DNA of 64,000 nucleotides from Paramecium tetraurelia (Eukaryota). The translations under genes were made by a program, and so were the position numbers. The notes below the pieces were generated by a model. It worked only from the letters and a program-made list of their open reading frames with translations, ran no database searches and was not told the DNA's origin. Where the stretch lies: positions 1 to 64,000 of the forward strand of contig CT868241.1 of assembly GCA_000165425.1 (NCBI GenBank). The letters are read 5' to 3'. Positions 53,311 to 64,000 of this stretch are shown piece after piece (position 1 is the first letter of the stretch; each line of letters begins with the position of its first letter).

Positions 53311-53960
53311 TCATTTTTTTGAATATGTGTTTTCTAGATGCATTTTCATAGTAGCTAAGGGATTATCTTAAAATGGTTTAATCTAGAAAACTTATTTCAT
53401 TCTGAGTTGATCTTCCTTCAACAATTTATTTCTTAAATGACTAGATGTTCCTTTATTTTTCTCTAATTCTAATTACTTTTGTTTTTCTTAGTGTTATTTA
53501 TCAATATCTAATAAGTTATTTTTCAAAGAATCTAAGATGAAAGTCTAAGGTTCTTACTTCTATTTGGTAATGATGTATTTATCCAACAACTAAAATAGTA
53601 ATGAATTATTACCTTCTTTTTAAGAATCTTTTGTTTTTTCAACAATCTATCCCTTTATCCTTTTGTGGATGTTTTTGGAATCTGAATCTGTTATTCAAGA
53701 TTTTTATTGAATTCCTTAAATATTTCAGCTTTCTTTTGGGTATCAGTTTGAGTTGAAGTTTTGATTTGATTGAGTTAATTTACTTTCTTTTTAAGCTGCT
53801 TTTATTTGATTTACTCACTAGTTTATTTGATCACTTTCTTCTTAATACCAATTGGTTTCTCAACATCCATATCTCCTTTAGATTAAACTGTCTTCTTTTT
53901 ATTAAGCTTTTTATCCTTCTTTAAGTTTTTATCCTCTTTCTCTAATTAAATTTTACCCAT
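53311..53960 (-). CDS. SLX9: Ribosome biogenesis protein SLX9/FAM207-like
   Basis: Lys-rich body; C-terminal EDQLRMKQVFQIKPFQDNPLATMKMHLENT; one 23-nt intron. Confidence 0.75.
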
Positions 53961-54526
53961 AATTTTTTAATATAATAATTAGTTAACAAATTTTTTATAT
54001 AAAATGAAATTTTTTATATAATATTACAAATTAAAGTTTAGGGCAACCAATTAAAAATAGTATAACCAAGTACCATAATTAGCCTCACATTAACTGATTT
54101 AATTAATCAAGAGATATCATATCAGATTATAAATTTTATGTATAAATGGGCAATTAAACCTTACTTAAAAAAAATGATCCCAAGGTAAATTAAGTGGAGT
54201 AGCACAATGTTGTTAATTCAAATCTATGATACAAATTAAGTAACCATTGTTAAGTTGGTTTAATAACTGAAAAAATTATTATTTTTATTAAATATTGGCT
54301 AGACACTTGTTATTATTAGCGAGAATTCGGAAAATTCAGAGAATAAACCTTCAAAATAAAAAATTCAAATTTATAGACTATAAGATTAAACATTATAGTT
54401 GCGATTATTATAAGCTAACAAAAATGGCTATAAATCTTCCTGTTAATAATTGTATAATTTAGTATCTTTTTCCTTAGGTATTTTATTTATTCATATTTAT
54501 TTAATTAAATTATTTGAGATTTAAAT

Positions 54527-54780
54527 ATGGGATGTACCCAATAGAAAATTTCAAAGAAGGATTAATTGATGGAGGTTCCTAAATAAAATCTATAAACTGG
54601 ACCAATTATCATGAGCAACAAAATCGTATTGTTACAAATTTCATATTACAACGGAAGGTAATCCCTGAAATCCATTGGTAATAAATAGAACTATATTAAG
54701 ATTAAAGCACCATATTGAAAAGAAGAAGAACTAAAGAATAAATAACTGAGCAATCCTCCCCAACGAAAATTTACAAGTGA
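54527..54780 (+). CDS. 73-aa MGC-initiated microprotein
   Basis: MGCTQQK..; 32-nt intron 54626-54657 gives frame ..QDQSTILKRRRTKE..IYK*. Confidence 0.55.
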
Positions 54781-55831
54781 CTATTATATAATCAATTAAT
54801 CATATTCACATTATTTGAATCATTTCAAATAGTTGATTTCATTCAGATAAATCACTTAAATTCTTATTTCAACTTTCTAAACCACTTTACTGCTAAAATT
54901 GAGACTATACTGATATTATATGCTTAAGATATGATTTTTTTGTATTCAATTATGATTTATTTTATCATAAATTATAAAATGGCTAAGCTTGAACAATAAA
55001 AAAAGGTTAATTAAACTAAATTGCCATTTATAATATAATGTTTTGAAAAAAGTGTGATGATAATGATAAAATGTAAATTTAATGGAAAAATTTATTATAA
55101 AAAATATTAAAAATAAATAATTAGAGATTTTAAGGTGAATTTTAGATAGATAGATAAAATATTAAACCATTAGAATTGGGAATATCAGAAACAATTAAAA
55201 TTAAGATTGTAAAAGGTTATGTTATGTTAAAAAACTTAGAACTGGATATATATTTGCTTTAATTTTTATCTGTATCTTTAAAAGCCTTTTGAAATGACAG
55301 AATTAATTGGAATTTATTTTTAGAAGAGAGTTCAGATTGAATTTTCAATAGTTTATCCCTTGTTATTTGTTTTAAGATTTTTTGAAACTATACATTAACA
55401 AAATAATAAATGTTAATATATAGGATTCGAACCTCATAAATTAATTTGTTGTTTCAGATTACGAGCCTCCTGATATTGATGAATTCTGATAGAAAAGTCA
55501 AATTTTTATCGTAAATGCATAATTATTTTCTATACAAATATTCTATATTTATTTTAAGTAATTGTATTAAAAATGTGTAAAAATCTTCATGATTTTTAAT
55601 ATGGATTTTTTAATATTTGGAAATAAAATGAAACTGTTGAACAATTTATTAGTTATGTAGATACATAGAATTTATTTTTGTTGAGATGAGAATTTTAATG
55701 ATGGCTGAATATTGAACTTAGTTTATTTAGGCCAAACAATTAGATAATTTTATCTGATAGATGTAGTTTAAATCAAAAATGAAAAATTATTAATAAATAT
55801 TTTCTCTATTATTTTATACCAATTCTTGAAG

Positions 55832-57682
55832 ATGATGAAAAAGGAGGTAGCTGGTTTTAAGATCAACTTGAGTAAGCAATTAGGAAGAGGAGCATTTGCA
55901 ACAGTTTATGAATGCTAGAAAGAAGGGATAATAATGCCATTATGTGTGAAAGTATATTTTATAGTTATTAATAAGGTAATCCATTTGATGTCAGACGATG
56001 TATATGATTAGTAGGCACTGATAAGGGAGACAAACATCTTGAAATATTTAACAAGCTTTCACCATCCTCATATAATTAATGTAGTTGACATACATCAGGA
56101 TTAGTAGCAGAGGGTTTTTTATGTGTTTATGGAGAAATGTATTCAAGGTCATATAGAGAATACAATTAAAGCAAGAGCTTCAACTAAATAATTCTTCAGT
56201 GCAGCAGAAATAATAGAAATGACCACACAAATTATTTAAGGTTACAGTCTTTTATACAAAAACTCAATAATTCATAGAGATTTAAAACCAGAAAATTTGC
56301 TTTATGGAAATGATGGAAAGATCAAAGTAAAAATCATGATAAGCATTAGATCTCAGATTTTGGAATGAGCAAAATATTAGACAAAGAAGCTCGAAATCAA
56401 TTAGTCTTTCAATCTTAAGTAGGAACACCTTATTATGCATCTCCTTAAGTGTTAGATGATGGTAAATATTCATCTAAAACTGATGTCTTTAGTGTAAATT
56501 GTAATTTAATAATGATAGCTTGGGGTGATAGTGTACTACTTTACATTCTTAAAACTACCATTTGACAAGAAAACTTTTACCGAATTGAAATTACAACAAA
56601 TGGCTTTATTAAAAAATAAAACTTTGGTATTTCCTGAGATGAAGATTCAAGGTGAAAACTACGAAAAGGATCTCTTAATTCGATTCATGTCTGAAACTAT
56701 TACATTTTATGAAGAAACTAGAATAGATTGGCCAACAATATTTAAGATGTTCTTGCCTCCAGAAGAAAGCGTTGAATCAGCTGCATTGGTACCACAATAA
56801 AGCTTTGAATCTATAATATAACCTAAGTCTGATGCCATAATTGATAATAGAGGGTAATAGCGATCTGAAAAAGCATTTTAATCCTATCAAGTTAGAACAT
56901 TAATAAGCAATTTAATGGCTAGAGAAGAATTAGCTAGTTCCGTTTAGTAATATTTGATATGCTTGTAATTATTTTTAACTAAAATTAGAAATAAATACAC
57001 TTCAATATTTAGTAATTAAGATAAAAACATGTTAAAGGCTGCACTGTGTGGATATCAGATGGCAATTAACTTAAATTAAATATTCTTAATTTCTAATTAA
57101 TATGATTAGGTTTGTAAATAAATACAGGAGACTTTTAGAGAGAATAACATAAAAATTGAATGTGAATCTTATATGAATGACAAATATGAAAAAGTAGAGA
57201 TTTAGAAACAGCAAGTCCAAAAAAATTCTCAAAGTAATTTGATCTAATTCAAAGTAAATAAAACTTAATATTTTAGGAATCAATCTAATAGGTTCTTCAA
57301 GGGGAAGCAGAGATAAAAGACGAGGCTTTGAAAAAATTTAAGATTCTCTTAAGTAAAGCAGAATAACAACCAAACTATGAAATTTATGCCCAATGGTTTA
57401 ATTATTATTACTAAAAATACATCATCTCCAAGATGCAAAAGTATTTAAATTAAGCTTAAGAAGAGGAAACTTTGATGTTTAAACTAAGATATATCTTTTA
57501 GGTTTTTGGCTTTGAGCAAGAAATTCGTAGCAGTTGAAAAGGATTACCCAATTAAAGACTTCTTTTCTATAATTCCATTATATATTTCCTATATGGACAC
57601 TGAAAAAGAGTATTTAAAGCAATATCTTCGAGCAAACCCACAATAATAATAAATAATAGATTCGAATAGAAATGAAAAATGA
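55832..57682 (+). CDS. Ser/Thr protein kinase
   Basis: [52 protein letters not shown]; short introns. Confidence 0.9.
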
Positions 57683-57691
57683 CAATTTATC

Positions 57692-59513
<1,822 letters not shown>

Positions 59514-59562
59514 ATATATGTCAATCAATAAATTATATGATTATACTTTTAATTATATTCAA

Positions 59563-59814
59563 TCAGTTTTATTTGCTGTTCATTTAAGAATTTATGTGTT
59601 AAACAGATTTCTCATCCAAATTCAAAGTCTTTGCCATATGTTCAATGAATTATTTTCTGAATTCTGTTACTAATCTTTAGCATCTCTAATATTCCTCTGA
59701 TTTTACATTGGGTTACTACTTTTTATCTATTGCCAGAAACAAAATGTTCTCCATGCATTAATTAGCCTCATTTTGAAGCTAATTATAATCCATCTTTGTG
59801 ATTTCATTCTCCAT
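59563..59814 (-). CDS. Small helical hypothetical protein (76-83 aa)
   Basis: (MENEITK)MDYNQLQNEANQCMENILFLAIDKK..YQRCQRLVTEFRKQFIEHMAKTLNLDE..*; ATG at 59814 or 59793. Confidence 0.6.
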
Positions 59815-59817
59815 TAA

Positions 59818-60372
59818 ATGAATTAATAATATATAAACCTAATAACCAATTTGTTTAGCTTATCATTGTCACAACTCCTATTTAAATTTCAAGTATATCC
59901 AACAGAATGCTTTCATTAGAAATCGGCTGTTGGATTAACCATTTGGAGTTTAAAGTAGTCATTGCTGAGTGAATATGTAGACAAATTGATTCAACAATTG
60001 CAAGATCTCATATCCATATTAGAAGGCATAGAAATATAAATTAAATAAGATAATAAGGTTCTTACTACTTATACAATCAACATAGTTTTTAATTAAGAAA
60101 ATAATGAATAATTCTCTTAATTCGACTCGGATATTTAACTCAAGACTTTGATTTATACATTGAATTAAAGGTTAAAAACATTGAAAGTTGATGATAAACC
60201 AAAGACCTTTAGTGTTAATTTTTTAACTAATGGCGCCGAAACTTAAAATAAAGGAGTTTAAGAAACTTTGCTATAAAATTGGATACTCATCAAAGAATCC
60301 AAAAAAAGAGAGACTCAATTAGTTAACTCACTTCATATGCCAAATTTAGATATCTTGGTTGGATTGATTTGA
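59818..60372 (+). CDS. HORMA-domain protein, REV7/MAD2L2-like (184 aa, intronless)
   Basis: QLLFKFQVYPTECFHQK..IW..LSEYVDKLI..IEIQIKQD..TYTINI..LKTLIYTL..KTFSVNFLT..NWILI parallels the REV7 pattern (VYPxxxF, LxxYI, TFTV, PWI). Confidence 0.68.
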
Positions 60373-61319
60373 TCATTATATAATAATGAATTATAATTAT
60401 ATTTAAATGTGAATAACATCTCATAAGAAACACAATCATCTTTTAACAAAACTATTTTTAGTATTCTTAGAGCAATTAAAGTAGATGTTATATGTTTAGT
60501 TTAAAAAGACATAGGATCTTAATAATCAAATAAATATAGTATCAAGCAAAGATTATGTATCTTTAATCGATTTTATATTTATTCGATTAGATGGGAAAAA
60601 GAAATTAAATATCTTAATCTCCACATTTTCAACTTTAATAAAGAATTGTTGAAAATATTCAATTCATAGTATTTCTTATAACTTAGAGAAATCAAGTCTA
60701 TACACAGAGAAGGAGGAAAGAAACAATGGTATTAATTTTCAATAACTTAGAGTCAATTAGAGAGAGAAGAGCATGGGGAAATTTTTAATTTTGATTTTGA
60801 TTTTAAATAAAGAGAAATCTATAGAGCGGCATAGATGCGCATTGAATTAAGAAGTTGCTCAATAGCAAACTTAATTTAATGATTTTAGCTAATCAAACAG
60901 ATTCCTTTATTGATTTTGAAGAAATGATTTAACACTGTGAAGGATTTAATTAACATTTTAGAAGGGCATTAAGAGAAATGGATGTATAAATCAACATTCA
61001 GGATAATGAATATGTATCTTGTTAATAGTTATATTTAAAAAATAATAAATTTCAATAGGGTGAATAAATTATTCATTCTCAATTTAATTTAGTGTTTTAA
61101 TATAATTAAATTAAAATGAGATTCTGAATTTTAGTACTATAATTTATTTATCGAATTTGTGGTTTGCAAACTAATATCTTTGTGTTCTTTAAGCAGAGCT
61201 GGTATCATTTGGAATAGGACATCAAATAAGATATTTAATCATAATTTGTAAGTAGAAATAATTTGAATTATAAATAAATATCAACTGTTTTTAATTTTAA
61301 TATATATCAATGATGAAAT

Positions 61320-61764
61320 TCAAAAAGGATTGAATTTTTGATGATGAGATCTACATTGTGAAGGAGATCGTGATTTAATCACAATAGACATTTATTTAAA
61401 GATCTTCTCCTGCTTTTTCATGTCTGATTTCATCATAATTTCTTTATTTGTTTCTATAAATTACAAGTATAAACGATGTTCCTTTTTTGTCCAGTGACCT
61501 AGCTTTTAATTATTGTTTTACCATTATTATACATTTTTTTTGAATTTTTCTTTCTAGTTTTTTTTATTTGTTTCTTTTAGTTTGAGTTCTATTCCACGGA
61601 CTATATGGTTGATTTTGATTCAATTCGTTATTCACTAGGAATTATGTAATATCATACTCTAAGCCATCCTCCACCTTTATTGTAGACTAGACATCGCTCA
61701 TGACTTATTGTTATGACCACTGTTGAAGCGTCAGAAATTAAAAATAAGGATGAAAGACATTCAT
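61320..61764 (-). CDS. Single Myb/SANT (SHAQKY-class-like) DNA-binding protein (132 aa)
   Basis: NNGHWTKKEHRLYLQFI..IFKQMSIVIKSRSPSQCRSHHQKFNPF*; two 23-nt introns. Confidence 0.88.
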
Positions 61765-62864
61765 GAACCATTATTATTCAAATCTAATCAAATTCAAGTA
61801 TTACCTAATGAAGAGAAAGTATTCTGGAACATTGATTTCAAAAGATTTTAGATTCTTTAGTAGAAAAAATGATAAATTTTAATAATGTTCAAATAGCAAA
61901 AACAAATACAAAAATTCACAAAATACTAAGATACATACATTTTCATTGATTTCATCACACATTAATTGTTTTTCTATTGATATAAATGAATGATCATTTC
62001 TGAAGCATAGAGCATTTCCAACTTCAATTTCTAATCAATTTATAAAGAAACCAACTTTCATTTCTGAATGTTGTAAATTATAAATTTTTTAAGTATTAAT
62101 ATCAAATTGATATTTTATCAATATTTATGCTCAAAACCCAATATCTTCAATTAATTAAAAGGGAATCATGGCAATATATGTTTTCTAAGATCATTTCACC
62201 ATACAATAAAAGCATATATATTTTCCTACACTAATATTTATGTATATCACTCAAGTAATTTAAGAATAATCTGGAAATAATTATGAAATCTTCTTAAATA
62301 ATTGATAATTTAGATCTTAATAAATGTGTAGAATTTCAAATAGTGAGTAAAACAGTATTTCATTATTTCTAATATTTTTGGATATCATTTAATACTACAA
62401 TAATAGTTTATAATTAATAAATAGTTTTAAGTTATTGAAGATTTTGGTGAAGAAATTTTAAAGTATCCCTAATATAAATATTGTCACCTTGAAGGCTTTC
62501 GATTATTAAAGCAATTTAAAATTAGCTGGGATTGCTTGAAAATATTTTAGCTGGATTTTATCTTTCTTCATTAAAGCCTGATATTTAAATTATCATGCAT
62601 AGATGATTAAAGAATCTAGAATAATTAGTTCAAGGGCAAATATTACAGTTGTATAAATGAGTTTGTCATAACATAATTAAAGCGATCTTTATGAATATCC
62701 TTGAATTTATAATCTATGGTATTTCATGCTCAGGATTGAATGAAAGGATATTCGAAGATAAAATAATTATCTTTTATTTTGTGTTGTTAGGAGTGTAATC
62801 TTTTAGTCTTATATTCAAGATAGTTTTCTCAATTTCATAAATAAAATACTAACAGTTATAAACA

Positions 62865-63597
62865 ATGGAATACGATTCTGTCTCAAAAATATAAGAAGAA
62901 CTTGGATATTATAAGAAGTATTGCTAATAGTTAGAGAATTAAAATGCTGCTTTAAATCAATAGCTGTTTAATAACATTCAAGGGAAGGTTTTGACTGCGC
63001 ATGATGGCAATCAAAGTAATAAAAAATAGAATGAGAATAACTCTAACTCTCATAAAGAATGTGAATAAAGGTCAAAATTGATGGAGAAATAATTAAAGCA
63101 AAAGTTAATGGAAGAGTAATTATGGCTTAAAAGATATGAAACTTAATTAAATCAAATCGTTGAGTTAAAGGTACGAAATATTATTATTAAAGGCAACTCA
63201 TGCACAATACATTTAAGAGAGTGAGCTAGAGGATAATTAAAAAACAAAAGAAATTGAAATCATGAAAGAGGAAATAGAACACTATAAAAAGCAAATAGAA
63301 ATTTATAAATAAGAAACTAATTCATAAATCTATTTAGAAGAAATAAAAGAAATGAGGAGACAACTAGAAGCATCAGAAATTAAATTGGAATAAATGACGA
63401 AGGAATTGCAAATTAAGGATCAATAATTATGTAACATATTCACCTTTATATTTTAAGATTAAAAATAAGGAAATATTAAATAATCATTATTGTAATTCAA
63501 ATAAAAATTTGATATTGAATTAAAAAATGAAAATCTAAGCACTGAACCAGATATATCAAGCAATAGTTTTTCCAATATTATGCTCAGAGATATATGA
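62865..63597 (+). CDS. Coiled-coil hypothetical protein
   Basis: MEYDSVSKIQEELGYYKKYCQQLE..; 22- and 27-nt introns; TGA 63595-63597. Confidence 0.72.
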
Positions 63598-63638
63598 TTT
63601 ACTACTTATAAATATATATATATATATGTGTATTTAAA

Positions 63639-64000
63639 TCAAAAGCAGTCATAGTGTGAATCTCCTAATGCTTCATATAACATTTCTGTGAAGTCATTAT
63701 TAGGTGAGTTGAAATCTATTTAAAGTAGAGATTATTTTTTTATGGTAGAATTTCTAAAACTAGGAGATTGAGAATTATCAATCTCTATAGTTTAAGAGAG
63801 AGCAGAAGTACAATCTCTATTTCTATTATCAGTTTAACTGAGATTTAAGTTGGATTGACTGTTGTCTCTCTTGTGATAATCTCTAATTTTTTCTAATAGT
63901 CCTAAATTAACAGAAACCTGCAGGATATCTTTATTTTAACAGTTTTACACTTTCTTAAGTCGATCTAATATAATAATTCATATGTACTATTAATTTATGG
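63639..64000 (-). CDS. 3' end of a hypothetical protein (continues beyond window)
   Basis: ..IDFNSPNNDFTEMLYEALGDSHYDCF* with TGA 63641-63639. Confidence 0.6.

Noticed and set aside
54146..54229. Short MGNQ-initiated ORF
   Set aside because: Only 27 codons, no supported intron extension or motif
60373..61110. Purine-rich plus-strand stretch that may be a gene
   Set aside because: Several frames are open but I could not fix a start, intron set or motif; left uncalled
61800..62800. Possible minus-strand coding relic
   Set aside because: Stops in the frames I read and no identifiable domain
63612..63627. (AT)n microsatellite between convergent genes
   Set aside because: Short and expected at this AT content

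Overview
Eukaryotic, very AT-rich, gene-dense DNA that reads as ciliate macronuclear sequence, most likely Paramecium. TAA/TAG encode Gln, TGA is the only stop, and genes carry tiny 21-32 nt GT..AG introns. The supplied standard-code ORF track therefore shows only fragments, and I re-read the genes by hand in the ciliate code. The left ~26.9 kb looks accessory: lineage-expanded families (a 2933-aa NACHT-WD40 NLR-like protein, a giant Cys-rich membrane protein, Zn-motif/TLDc and WD40 genes), a pseudogene and long spacers. The right ~37 kb is tightly packed with conserved genes: RPA32-like, trichocyst matrix protein, striatin, tandem GAF, SAPS, three protein kinases, hybrid His kinase, COMMD, alpha/beta hydrolase, vWA, CBM48, SF-assemblin, SLX9, REV7-like HORMA and Myb. 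Best leads: (1) the NLR-like protein has a ubiquitin-type LRGG immediately followed by a perfect cryptic N-myristoylation/palmitoylation signal ([10 protein letters not shown]), suggesting protease-gated membrane targeting; (2) a 71-aa microprotein with KEN box, PLTDIT and a C-terminal LR tail, like plant OSD1/UVI4 APC/C inhibitors; (3) a hybrid histidine kinase whose phospho-His is Asn; (4) a myristoylated CBM48 protein on a ~19x57-nt helical repeat stalk; (5) a HORMA gene whose ATG lies 3 nt from a divergent ATG. All calls come from manual translation and motif recognition; no database searches were run.
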